Position numbers and translations under genes: made by a program. A model generated the notes under the pieces. The model made no database searches. It saw nothing but the letters and a program-made list of their open reading frames with translations, and was not told where the DNA came from. Positions 11,779 to 24,152 of a stretch of DNA of 64,000 nucleotides are shown here, in pieces. Origin of the DNA: Rhodosorus marinus CCMP1338. Lineage: Eukaryota; Plantae; Rhodophyta. The stretch spans positions 992,001 through 1,056,000 of the forward strand of contig JAMWBK010000008.1 of assembly GCA_029953675.1 (NCBI GenBank). The letters run 5' to 3'. Positions within the stretch are counted from its first letter, which is position 1, and each line of letters opens with the position of its first letter.

Positions 11779-12522
11779 ATGGAGGTGAAGAGTTTAGGTG
11801 ATATTGTTGGGATGAGAGGGTTTGACGGGGGGGATGTTGTGGTTGAGATGGTGGTTGAGCCGGAGTTTAGTGTGGATTTTCTTGAGAGGGTTGTCAAGTC
11901 GCTCGGCTCGCGAGGTGTTTTAAGAATTGAGCGCGTGGAGGGCGACCGGCAGCGGCTGGTGGATAAGATGACTTTGGCGGGATTTCTGGGTGTGGTAGAT
12001 GACGGTGTTATTAGAGCAAGGAGTCCTGCGGTGGACAGGGATGTTAAGGTCTCGTTGAACCGGAAGAAGGTGTCCCTCTCCTGGGCTGCGGCCGCAGGGG
12101 ATGCTGACGGTGATGGCGACGAAATCTTGGATGAGAATGAGCTTTTGGAAGGCGAAGAGTTTGCTCGTCGAGACAAGGAAAATAAGAAAACTCAAGCGAC
12201 TAGGAAGCCATGCGCGAACTGTACATGTGGAAGAAAGGAGGAATTCGAAGCATCTCAACCCCAAAAGGAGGACCACAGCTCGTCATGCGGAAAGGTAAGA
12301 ACGCAGCACTCCGCTCTTGCCCTGTGAAGACAGTCGTGAGAGCTTTTTTTGGTTTCACCTCGATTCCACTCTAACAAGTCTTTCCTCGATGCCGTTTCGC
12401 TCGCTCAGTGTCATCTCGGCGATGCCTTTCGGTGTGGAAGCTGTCCGTACCTTGGCCTACCACCTTTTGAAGCCGGCGAGAAGGTTACCATCAGCTCCAA
12501 CCTAATGGCCAGCGACCTGTAA
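11779..12522 (+). CDS. DRE2: Anamorsin / DRE2 / CIAPIN1 Fe-S assembly protein, 2 exons
   Basis: [10 protein letters not shown] linker, KPCANCTCG and SSCGK|[26 protein letters not shown]; intron GTAAGA...CTCAG. Confidence 0.95.
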
Positions 12523-12833
12523 ATCACTTTCAAATACCTGGGCAGCTATCCCTGAATAAATAGAGAACAAGCCCGTCGTTGACCCGCAGACGCACCCCAT
12601 TAACTCGTTATCGTTTAGTCATGGTTCATCTCCCTTCTGCTTTGATCCAATTTAGATTCTTTTTTTTAGATCTTGCAAACCAGTTGCTCTTTTCCCTGCG
12701 GATAGCAGCTCGCCCAAGAGCATCCCCTTGGAAAAGGGGTCTACCCTTCATCCCCCTTCCCTAATATGTGTATCCTACTACCTTCTACAGTACAAACCTC
12801 CAGAAGCGAGTGGCTGGTGGACGCATTTTCGAA

Positions 12834-13960
12834 TTAATTGCAGTGTGTTATATGTTTTCTACAGTTCGGAGGCCACACCGCAATGCCGCACTGCTTGCAC
12901 GTGACCCATCCTTTTCGTTCCGGATGGGCAGTGAAAAGATCCGAAACGTTAACTTCTACTCCATTTTCGAGGTGTCTATTTCGGTGATCGGAAGGTCCAG
13001 TACGACTTCTAAGTCTACCTTTCAGAGAGGCGTCCGCCTGGATTGGTTTACAACAAAAGAAAGTCAGGTCAGCACGGGCCTATCGTAAGTAACTATTGCG
13101 AGCCCATTCCGAGGCTGGAGACCGCAGACCGTGAAAGAGGTCTCTCGTGGTGGAAATGGGGTGCTGCTGTTTACCGATTGACTTTGGGGAGCAATCTCAA
13201 TGCACAGAGTGTCCAAGTCGCTTCGAACTTCGTCACTTTCCAGAGATAAACTGACCATTTTCCGATGGTTTATGTTCCAAAACGGAATCTCCCTTACGGG
13301 AGCCTCCCTTCTCTTCTGCTGGGCATGTGCACTACTGCTGGATGAGCTGCTATTGCCTGAGACGGTTGAATTCAGGCTCTGCAAACAATCATTGCAAAAA
13401 AAAATAATGAACAGGAACACGCAACATGAGAGATCCGATCTTGCTGGAGGTTCCACGGGATGATCACAACCTACTCCATTGTTAGCGCTCAGTTCCTTCT
13501 CAGATTTGGTCCGAAACAGTACCCCGACCTGTTCGTACAGTTCTTCCTCCTCATCTGAGAGCAGCTCGGCATTTCCAGACCAGGATTTCGGAAACATCAT
13601 AGTGTGCTGACTGGGTGGCTTGGGATCCAGGAGTTTTCTGGAATCCCGACGCTGGCGCTTACCCGCGGTTGCTGCTGACATACTCAGAGCCTGCCTCAAT
13701 GACAACCTCAAAAATCAGTACACGCCAATACCATCTCCTCTACACAGAGAGAGAGATACAAGTCAAACTTGTCAGCCAGTGTCTCAGCCATCCATTACCT
13801 GATAATGACGTCACTGGGATTTAAACCTTTCCCACCAGAAGGTAGAAGGAAAGCTTCCCCGTCACGACGACCAACAGCGAAAAAAAACTTCCACGAAGCG
13901 GCCGGAGAACAATCCCACGGCCAGCTTCGTCAACTTTTAACGCCCTCGCTAAAAATTGCT
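12834..13960 (-). CDS. Multi-exon protein with a C-terminal C2HC zinc finger
   Basis: The last exon reads ...GWVTCKQCGIAVWPPNCRKHITHCN* (C-x2-C-x11-H-x3-C); upstream open segments include ORF 13064-13711; the 5' end is uncertain. Confidence 0.55.
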
Positions 13961-16444
13961 CTGGAAACACAAAACTCAGATCTCCTTGTCCTTGGCTGGT
14001 CAACAGCTCTCGCTCCGAGTTAACAGAACTCGTCCCTTCTAAAAACCTTCAGACTCGACTCCGAAAGATCGAAAATCAGACTCCCTTCCCCAAACGCCCC
14101 TCCCCGAAAACACAAAACCAATCACAAACCAAACCGCAAACACACCTCCAACAGAGGTTGAAATCAGAGGAGAGAAACAAGTGGGGGTCGATCTCTCATT
14201 CCTCCCCCCCTACTCCGAACTACTCGCCTCATACAAACCCTCCAAACAGCAACAGTGCTTCTTCTTCAAACACCTCACCTCCAATACCTATCGTCACCAA
14301 AATACAGGACTCTCCAAATCCAATAGAAAAACCAATACCCATACTGCTACCCTCCTACCCACCCCCACCCCCCTCAAAAACACAAATCCACGTCCCTTTC
14401 AGTTTTTTTAAAGCTTTTTCAAGGTAATCCAATATATTTGATGAAAAGGAAACTTGCTCCGATCCTCTTCCCGAAAAAAAAAAAAAGGTGTTTCCCTTTC
14501 TATGCTCTCCGCCTCTGTCTCTCTCGCTCTCTCTCTCTCCTATCCGCTCGACCATTGCTTTGGCCTCTGGACTCCCACTACCCCCACTTTCCAGGTCTAA
14601 AAACTAACAAAAAAAATTATTTACCCCCCTCCCCCCGCTCCCCCCCCCAAACCTGCCTATAAATAAAAGAAGTGAACATTTTTTAACATTCAATAAAACC
14701 CACCTCACCCCTCTCGTTTTTCTTTCTTTTTGAACCGCGTCATGCGCCCGGCATGGATTTGTAAAATAGTAATTTAATAATCCGCTCCTCGGCAGTTTAG
14801 TTTTTTAAGGAACTTCCCCTGCCAAGCCCTCCCCCTCTCACTCTCTCTATTCAAAGAAATAATTGGTTTATTGGCATTTCGTACATCATGGACATTTCAC
14901 GGTGTTACCATTATAGCCCCCCCCTGGAACGTTTGTATCTGCACGTGTTCGCAATAATTCTCTACCCCTTTCGATGGAAGGAAAATAGTTCGTATTTTCT
15001 TCCGTTTAAAAATATGTTACGGAATTTCACCCGTTGCGTTGGGCAGCGCATACTGGCGGTGAACTGCTGGAGATGGTCCTAGTTACCCCTCAACGGAAAT
15101 TACTTTGAATGTATATCCGGTTTTTTGTTGTTTCACCACCTTTTTCAATGGGTTAAAAAGCAGGAAGACGGCTTGGAATTTTTCAGGAATCGCGTCATTC
15201 CAGAGCGCGTCTCTTGTCACACACCATCGAAAAAGTACTAAAATTTGATATGATAATTTTTCATGGGGTTGATTTCTTCTCTTCTTCTCTTGGGAAGGGG
15301 GGGAGGTAGGAAACCGATGAAAAGAAGTTCTCGATCGCTCGGGGGTAATGTACGACCTTACTTATGAATCAAAATATTTGTGAATTATAACATTAGGAAC
15401 TTTACGAGGGGGTTGGCAAATTTCTGATCAGTTGTCCGGTGCGGAATGAGAATAGGAATCATAGGGGTAGGATCCCCAACAATTCACAAATTAAGTAACC
15501 CCCCCCAACCGACCCTTGGAAGAAAAGTTCATGTTGATTTCTGAAAAATCGAGTGTGATATTTTTTTTTGCCGCGGCCTGCTTTGCATGGATAATTCTAA
15601 ATGGGTATATTTTGGCCACCTCTTCGGAAATGGAATGACTTATTTTTTATTGAATAATCATAGTCTCAACGGAATATGTATGAATGGAAAGGGGTGAGCA
15701 AAGAGCGAACGAGTTACAGACCAGGATTCGTCATGTTCAATCAGAATGGATCCATTTACATTTCGGAGTTTCCGGATTACCATTCATTCTGAGTGGCTTT
15801 GTGTGTGGACTGGATGAATACGTTGACTCAGTCTGGACGGGGATGTGTAGGGTTTTACAGACACGGCATGTGATGTCCAGTAAACCAATTTGGGTATCGG
15901 AAAAGTGGTTTTGGACAGACTCTTTTTGTGCAATGTTTAGTAAGCTCAACTTAAAAGTAGGGGCTGGAGTAGAAAGAAGTGTTGTTCTACTGAAATCAAC
16001 TCGGTGGCAGAATCAGTAAATTTCTTGTAGGAGCCCGCATCGTCTGCATGTAAAGCACTTCTTTCCATTCCAGCACGCGTGCAAGAGGAAACGATTTTTA
16101 GGGAAGCTTGGATGCACTGCCTGCAATTGTGTTGTGGTTGTAGTAGTTGGAGTGGGCTGTGCGTGCAGATCGGCCTTGAGTCAGGAGAGCTTTAGGGCTC
16201 TTCACTGATCCTTGCTGATACGCTAAGCATCCTGCATGAACGATCGAGGTGCTTGGCTAGTCGATATGAATGGCTGTGCGAACGCTGACATTTACTGGTT
16301 TACTGCAAGACCTGATGCCGACTCCAGTTCTGACGGGATGGCGAACCTCTCAGAAGAGGAGACGAGTTAGTCGCGCTATAGTTGCCCGAGAACTTTTCAA
16401 ACCGTGACCCCAGAATTTCATTTCTGCAAGTCCGTTGAAACCGA

Positions 16445-17340
16445 CTACTTACTGCTGCATCCCCTCTGGTTCCTCTGCAGCAAATGAAATGCTTTGGCTC
16501 CCTTCAAAAAGAATTCGATTTCAAATGGTATCGGTTTGATCGGGATTCGTTGTCCCATCGGCATAGGGATCCCTAAATAGTCTAGCTCAATGCGAACAGC
16601 GGTTCTCACGCATGATAAAAACTGTACTGTCATGTACTGTCGAGGGGACGAGGAATCTGGATCAAACCCATGCTGGTTGGGGTCACAAGACCGGCCCAGT
16701 CTGGAGAGTCCTGTGCCAGTATCGAGGGACGTGGCAGCCCGGAGCCTGGTTGAGGTGCAGCCCCGCTGTAGCCATCAACGGCTTCGTCGCTGCAAATGGA
16801 TATGAGACCAAATCACCTTCTGGTTCATCATATCCTTCCTCGAGCGCCCCAGTCAACCACCCCTCTTTTTCACTCATATCAAATCCCAAGTCCGAGCTGT
16901 TTGTGGAGTAGCACGCCTCTAGTAGACCGCCTGCTGGGTTGTCATTAGGAGGTTTGACTTGAATCCGTTTCCCAATCTTGGTCACTTAACCTTCCATGGA
17001 TTCTACGAGAGGCACAGCTCAGCGTGAGTTCACATAGAACGTCGGGCTCGGACACAGGGAGAGCTGAAGAATCCAAGGAAATACGGGCGAGTTCATTTAT
17101 GCGTACACGCGACCCGCTTTACGACAACGTTTTTGTTGTAACGCACATTCCGGGCTCCAGAAGCCCGAGACTTAATCAATCATCCACAGCGACGACGCGT
17201 GCGAACAGCTCTTCATCCACAAGCTGTGCATGAACAGAAAGCTAGTTGGAGTCTTCGGTTTACGCGTTATTCTCGCAACCAGATAGTCCAAACCGGGCGG
17301 ATCCGTCTCTTTCGCGATGCTATACAACAGTAGCGCCACA
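16445..17340 (-). CDS. Possible multi-exon hypothetical gene
   Basis: Protein-like open segments (SDLGFDMSEKEGWLTGALEEGYDEPEG; VRTAVRIELDYLGIPMPMGQRIPIKPIPFEIEFFLKG); junctions not resolved. Confidence 0.33.
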
Positions 17341-17642
17341 AAAACAAGAGGTGGCAGGCGCTGCTCTAGACCTCGAAGATCACCCCTTCAGTTCCAACGG
17401 CTTCAAGGGGAGATGACGATCAGCGGAGATGTGTCTTCTAGCTCGGTGATCTTTATTGGACACGTATCAAGACGGCTTGTTTAAGTACTAATTACTAGCG
17501 CCGCAGACAGGTTTTTGTTTCTAACTCTTTCCTGCAACACCAAGCAGCAGCTGACAACGGCGGCCTGGCTAGATTCAGCTGCGATCACCCGGGCATAAAG
17601 CACTCAGGCCGAAAACATCATATAGGGAAAACAAGTTCAGGG

Positions 17643-17786
17643 TCATGAAGCTCGGCTCGCTCGATACGCCTGTACTGCACTTGCAACGAAACCCGACAGC
17701 ACTCCGCTCAGAAAAGGTATGAGGACCAATTCACGCGCTTTTGTGTATTTCTGCAACTCCGTCCCTTGCTCTGCCGGGCTCTCCAT
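17643..17786 (-). CDS. 47-aa single-pass membrane microprotein
   Basis: MESPAEQGTELQKYTKARELVLIPFLSGVLSGFVASAVQAYRASRAS*; ATG start, one TM helix with GxxxG, and a G/T-rich leader upstream. Confidence 0.45.
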   Translation of the reverse strand: MESPAEQGTELQKYTKARELVLIPFLSGVLSGFVASAVQAYRASRAS

Positions 17787-18417
17787 ACTTGCCACGATTC
17801 CAGTCAATCCTATGTTCACTCTCTGCCTCAATTGTATCGGAGCTGCCTCAGATTAAGCAAAGACTTGGAGTCTTCAACTATAAACACCCTCAACCTCCAC
17901 CTCTTCTTCCCCAACCCCAAAAAGTCACCTTTGCAAAGGCGAGGCCTTCCTGAACACGCAAACGACGAAAGAGGATTAGGGCCTGAAGTCGCCACTCCAA
18001 GAATGGTTCACTTCTGATTTTCTTTAATGCTTCAGAGGTACTTGAGAATTTCGTATTAGAACTGGAGCCCTGGATTGTGGAAAATGTCTGAAAACGATTC
18101 GGTCTAGACGTGCAGTCTTGTGTTTTCAGATCGGTTTCTTTACGAATCGACTGTTTCTTTTTGACCCCAATCCTCTGAAGTTCTTGTTGTTTACTGCAAA
18201 TATTGGGGACGAACTTGCTTCTCGCAGCGGGTTCCTAGCAATGCTGGTACTCTCCGAGCTGAATCTCGATTCTCATGAAGATAAACCAACCGCATTGCAA
18301 ATCTTCAGACAACTTTTTCAGGTGTAAGTCGATTCCCAAGTAATTTGACCTTCTGAATCACTGATGTCGGTTATCTCGAACATGGTAGATGTTTGCTAGT
18401 CGAAAGCTGGAGGGATT

Positions 18418-19014
18418 GTGGATGAAGCCCAGGTTTACTCAAGCACGCGTAGAAGGACAGGAAACCTGGGATGGGACGACAGGACACAACATTCCTGGAA
18501 TGTACAGACGCTAAAGCGCATGGCTTGCTCACTTGCGGGAAAACGCGGAAAACGGCTGACTGATAGCCAGCCTACCTGCAAGGCATTGGCGCCTTTCACA
18601 TTCAGCAGCCACAGTACGGCTTCCGATAAGGCATTTGCTGAAAAGCGGCTCTTTTTTATATACCAAAATCAATCTCAATATGCGCTGATGCCAGCAAACC
18701 AATCTGCCAGGCAGGCCCGCCTGAGCTAACATTCCAGTTCGCTCGTTCAAATGGAAACCGAACACTACATCCGAGAACAATATGGCCACCACGAATTGGC
18801 CACGGACAATGGAAGCAAGGCTCAAAACACGTTCGTAGGTATGACGCTGCTGCCAACGCTTCTCTGGTCGGTTCCCCAATCGTACAAGTCTGGCGACGAT
18901 TTGACCCGCCCTTCGCGTGCCACCCCATGTGGGAGCCTTCAGAACAGCTTGAGATCTGCATGGGCAGCCGCTCACGTACATTTTTTCGCGCGGGTTTGGC
19001 AAGACAAAGAATAA
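18418..19014 (+). CDS. Possible multi-exon hypothetical gene convergent with the HDAC
   Basis: Branch-point/acceptor-like GCTGACTGATAG and GCTAACATTCCAG lie between open segments; reading frame ambiguous. Confidence 0.25.
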
Positions 19015-19029
19015 CTTATAAGACACTTC

Positions 19030-21074
19030 CTAAAGGCCATCATAAAGATTCACAACTGGGCCATCAACGGGTGCTAGATTCGTTGGCACCTCCATCTTCT
19101 GAACTCCAGGAGCTGGCTCGATGGTCTTCAGATTCTCCAACACGCGAGATAGAACCTTGTTAATGTATGCTGGTGTGTTCTGGTTGTTAAGGTCCGGTCT
19201 CGGTGGGTAGTGCAGTCTGTAACTCGGAGCAAAATAGTCCCAGTAATCCTGCATGGAGAATTACGACAGAATTCGTTCAGAACATTGACTTCTCGATTAG
19301 GTAACACCCCGACTCTCCCGAATTCAGATCCCTTGCGTCGGTCGCAGAAAAAACCTTTGCTGCTTACGTTGTATGGTAGCTCGTCGCTTATTTGTCGTTT
19401 CAATAAAACGGAAGTTTCATAGACCCAACAGCGCGCAACGTTTCTGATGTTATACCCGCCTCCTCCAAGAACCAGCATGGGCAGACCTAGACTGCGTATG
19501 TGATCAACGCACTACTCGATTGGAAGTAAAGCGCAGCCAGATCTTAGCCTCCACGAAAGTATCGCTCGTGCTCAAGGGAAACCGCTGAAAGGTTTCGATT
19601 GCACCTACCTTTCCGTGGCCTTCCACTGTTAAATTGAAAACTCCTAGCTTATCATATGCCAACGAATCTGCTCCACACTGTAAGACCACTGCCTCCGGCT
19701 GGAAGTGCTCAACGATCTTCTGAATGACTGGTTTAAATGTATTCTCGTAGCTTATGTCGTCCATCCCATCGAGAAGAGGGAAGTTTACTGAGTAGCCTTT
19801 TCCCGAGTCTTCTCCCATTTCATCCAGGTTTCCTGTCCCCGGGAAGAAACCTTCTCCGTACTTGTGGAACGAGCAAGTCATTACCCTAGTCCAATTCAGG
19901 TCGGAGGTAGGCATCAGATTAGCAACCGAACGAGGAGCAGTGGTACCTTGCCCTTCGAGTAGTGCTGCAAGAACCTCCAGTCGAGTGGAGTGAAAGTCTC
20001 CATAGCCCTCAGAGCTAGCTTGCGGTGCAGCGGTCGAGTTGAACCTGTTGCAGTCACTTCCCGTTGTGGCTCCATGTCCTTGCTTCGTTTGAAAATTTAC
20101 CTGTTAGTACAGAAGAAGGCCTCCTCAACGCCATCGCCATGATGCACGTCGATGTCGATGTAGAGGACTCTTGTGAAGAAGCGAAGGAGCTCGAGGATCG
20201 AGAGGACGATATCATTGACGTAACAGAATCCAGAGGCCTCTGATGCCTTGGCGTGATGCAAACCACCAGCCCAGTTTATCGCTATGTCAGTTCGACCACT
20301 CCCAAGAAGCCGCGCGCCATCGACAGAACCTCCTACGGACGATTTCCAACGTATGTGAGATGATCCAAAGGATTGGTAGATGGCGCAGTACGGTGGAAGA
20401 GGGAATGTCACGTCCAGTAGCAGCACTTGGTCCGCGGCTCGACGGACACCGTTCGTCAGGTTGTTGAAGGGTCTGTTCTCCTACCTGAAGTGAGGCGGCA
20501 ATAGTTGTAAAGGTTGTCAAAAAGTGGACAATCGCCTTCTTCTCTTCCGACGTTGAACTTTTGGCCTTCTTTTGCATGAACTTTCATCAAGGACGCGTGT
20601 TTAACGTTACACTTTGAGAGGAAATCGACATATTCCAGCGTATGGAATTCCAACAGCTCTTCAGGAGTCGCCTTTCTTGGACGATAGACTTCCTAAAGAT
20701 GTTGTTTCGTTTTCAATATCAGACTAAACAGGACGAGAACAGCAGGGACTACAGAACGACTGGAAAGCATCATGAATCAGTCTTCGTTTGCTTTAAGTTT
20801 AAACGTACGGCATGGCGATAAAGATCTGTTTTACACATCGACATAAACAAAAGGAGACACGTAAGTATATAGAACCAGCAAAAGAGTTGGTTCAAGTAAC
20901 CTCTTCAAGAGATAGATACCGAGCGAAAACCAGTAGGTTCAACAACATACCATAAGCGAGGAACAAGTTATGTGTCATGCTCAACCGATGAGGCTTCATC
21001 GGATGCTTTGGTCCATAATAATACCCGCCAAGTGAATCGTCCAAGAAATACGACACTCGTTTCGATCCAGTCAT
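19030..21074 (-). CDS. Class I histone deacetylase (RPD3 family, HDAC3/HDA9-like), about 7 exons
   Basis: [72 protein letters not shown] and LGGGGY motifs, in order and split by GT-AG introns. Confidence 0.97.
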
Positions 21075-21517
21075 CGTCTTCGCGGCATCAACGTTCTTGT
21101 AAACTCAATATGCTCTGCATGCATAGACAAAACGCTGCTATTCACTCCGCCGATGAGGTGGCCTCTTCTCTGAATCCAAGAAGAATTCCTTTTTACTTCA
21201 GCGGACAATCCCTTCTCCAACTCTATACCTTTCCAACGTCGTTGTTTCTCTTCAGAGCAGGACGGTTTAGCCGATACCAATCGCACGCTGAACAATGTGG
21301 CACGGATGGGATTCAGGGCATGATGAACAAAATCGCAGACTGGCGGATCCTGCTTAGTCGTTCCTGGAGCAAGCTACGACGTGATCAAACGATACGTTGT
21401 TCCATCTTCTAGAGGACCGAATAAATTAACGATCCCCGGGGTGGGTGTCCCATTAGAGGGAAAGGGGAGTCACAGGTGTGCTACTACTAGCTAGTGCTCA
21501 TCATTAAATAATAACTA

Positions 21518-22640
21518 CTAATACCTAATGGCACTGTCATAACTACGAAGTGCAATCGGAGGATTGCCTCTCCATAGCATGCGGTTCATCGCGACAAGAG
21601 CTTTGCCCAAGACCGTGGGATCGGAAGACCAAGTGCCGAGTGAGGCGGAAAGGTCGGCCATTGTGTGCGGGCGATCGGTATGGAGCGTGTGAAAATGGCC
21701 TTTTTGGAATATACCAGGATGGGTGAATTTAGTAGTAGGAAGAGGGCACAAGACGAGCGTGCTTTGGGTGGAGGACAGCGAGACCCAAGATAACCAGCCA
21801 AGCCGTCTCGATACGCCAGGGCTGATTGCCGGGTCCAAAGACTTGGGCAGGATGAATACGAGAGGCATTGAAATGCTTGGTGCGATCCGATGACCTTTTC
21901 AGATAGTTGCAATCGAGCTTGTGTTGTGATATTTATTATCAAATTTGCCCATGTTTCCGTGGTGATCCCTCAGAGGAGGTGAACTTGGCGGCTCATTTCC
22001 GTGCGAGAATGGCTGAGCTTCAGGCGCCTTCCTCACGAGCGAAGATGCTTCTAGCATAGGAGCGCTCTAGTTGAGATGGGCGCTCGATACAATCTTGGGG
22101 CCTGACGCGTGCCTTCCGAAAGGTCGAACAGTCGGCTGCGAGGGTCGTGGATTCTGGTACAAGCAGTGAAGTGGATGTGGTCTCTGTGACTTTGCCCTTC
22201 ACATCGTACAACTGCTTCACAAGGCTGGTAAGACGCAATATGATGAGGGAAGTACGGTGTAAGGAGCTTCGATGTTTCCTGGTTGCACTCTCTTGCGTCG
22301 TGAATTTGAGACGGAATGTCGTGAGTCAGTATTCGGGCAAAACCCGGTTTCTAAAAACGTTGTGTTGCTGACTCCAAGGCTTACACTCTCCGGATCTGCG
22401 CAAACTTGTCCGAGTATGAGTAGCCCGGCAAGTGTATCGGCCGAGATTCACTGAACTCGTAAATGCATTTTTATTATTACCAACCATCTTTAAAAGCGAA
22501 AACGAGCCATATTTTTTTATACCATTTGGAAAGAATAGCCCACCGGGAATATACGTGTTTAGAGACTTTTGTCCTCTCGGAGGGGAGCCAACTAAAACAG
22601 ACGTAGAAAGAAAAAGCCATGCCGGTCGGGAGGCTATCAT
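21518..22640 (-). CDS. Possible multi-exon hypothetical gene
   Basis: Open protein-like segments 22326-22640 (hydrophobic N-terminus), 22020-22320 and 21518-21868; no family recognised. Confidence 0.38.
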
Positions 22641-23165
22641 GAGGGGTGTTTGGGTAGTCTCCGAAGGACCGACCTTGGCTTGGACGATTGCTAATCGATC
22701 GCATGGCCATCATGTGGGAAACGCATCTTGTTCCTGGCCCGGGCAACAATCACGTAATTAGACCTGCGCAACCGCGCCATTAGATGAGCTTCAGGAATCC
22801 CTGTTCCATGGCATGTTTCAAGACTCCGCGTTTAGTGCCAGCCTTTCCTCATCCAGTCGTTCAAGAATCATGCGCCTTTCATTTTTTTTTTTAACGAGTT
22901 TGATAATCAGTCGCCGCACAATCTTCATAAAGGGGGACGGGGTGGGGAACTAACTCCAGTAAAAGGTCAATGCGGATGCAAACTTGCCTCTGCACTGAAC
23001 GGTGATACCTGCGTGTTGAAAGTGAATGCCATACGCAACGTGTACGGTAAGATCATGATTTTGTCACAGCGAATGAGGGAATAATTTCATCGCCAATGTC
23101 CACGCATTTGTCAGTTTGAACGGCCATGTTCAAGCACGAGACCAGAAGAAACCCACAGACACCCA

Positions 23166-23336
23166 ACAAGATCAGCCCTCAGCTACTTCCTGGAGTGTTA
23201 CAGGTCCGTAGCCGGCTCTATTCGTGGTGGGAAAAAAACGTGAATGTAAGCAAAGAGCCGGCTCTTTCCTTACATTCACGTTTTTGCCGGCTACCGACCT
23301 GCAAAACTCTCGGAAGTAGCTAAGGGCTGATCTTGT
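23166..23336. repeat. ~170-nt foldback (nested inverted repeats)
   Basis: Outer ~51-bp arms (ACAAGATCAGCCCT...GTAGCCGGC and GCCGGCTAC...AGGGCTGATCTTGT, 6 mismatches) enclose a loop-less inner palindrome AAAAACGTGAATGTAAG-C-AAAGAGCC|GGCTCTTT-C-CTTACATTCACGTTTTT. Confidence 0.95.
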
Positions 23337-23619
23337 CCGTTTCCCCTGGGTTTCTTACTGGTCTGCCTGCAATCCACAGCTCAGCTCCTCTTGTAAGGAT
23401 TCCATTCAATAACGACATACTAGACAGCGGGGAGACCGGCGAGAGCGCCCCACACACGATTCGCCCCACCCCCCCCTTTACACGCAACACCAGATTCCGA
23501 GTCTCCTCAATTAATCATTCCCGATGCTTTTTTTTGTCTAAGTTATTTACCAATAATGTTTCAGGATTAAATACTGTCCCTTGAGGAAAACGGAGATTGG
23601 ACCGAATAAGAAATTAAAA

Positions 23620-23796
23620 AAATACAGAACCGTTGGAAGTCGAGGCTGAAGAGAAACCAAACCTGTTGCGTGTTCTTCGACTTGGAATCGAAGCTTTTGA
23701 GTTTTGTAGGAGAAAACTTCTTGTTAGTGGCTCTGATTGAAATGGTGCGGATGAACAACTGAAGGCTCTCTTTATGATGTGTTGGACAAGAAGCAT
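23620..23796 (-). CDS. Possible first exon of an organelle-targeted protein (rest unresolved)
   Basis: MLLVQHIIKRAFSCSSAPFQSEPLTRSFLLQNSKASIPSRRTRNRFGFSSASTSN is Arg/Ser-rich with almost no acidic residues, like a mitochondrial presequence. Confidence 0.3.
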
Positions 23797-24047
23797 TCTC
23801 GGGGTTGTTTTTTTGTGTCGAGGTGAAAGGCTGGTGGGAGGTTGATGAGTGGGAATTGTGGAAATTAGGTTGCTAGATTTTAGGTATGAACGCTGTGAAA
23901 TCTGTCGTTCCTCACTTGAACTTGGCTTGCTCCCACACAGGATAAAACGCTGTAGCGGAAGCCAGCAGCAACATAGACACACGCGCAACTTTGTGAGATA
24001 GCCCCGCTTCTTTTTTCAAAAATGACTCGCTATACTGCATTCTACGC

Positions 24048-24152
24048 GAGTTGCTTCGGAAGAGCACAGTTCCGCCGCGCTCAAGCCTTTCTTTACCACG
24101 AGTCGCTTCGGAAGAGCACAGTTCCGCCTGCGCTCAACCCCTTTCTTTACTA
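24048..24152. repeat. Tandem duplication of a ~52-bp unit
   Basis: GAGT(T/C)GCTTCGGAAGAGCACAGTTCCGCC(T)GCGCTCAA(G/C)CCTTTCTTTAC(C/T)AC occurs twice, at 24048 and 24100. Confidence 0.92.

Noticed and set aside
11532-12176. Long antisense or low-complexity ORFs (also 39807-40497, 48952-49476, 14158-14427, 5781-6182)
   Set aside because: They are shadows of G/T-skewed sense regions or real genes, giving Ser/Pro/Thr/Lys-rich translations with no independent support.
19890-20470. Longer HDAC introns as snoRNA hosts
   Set aside because: No convincing C/D box pair with terminal stem, and no H/ACA arrangement, could be read by eye.
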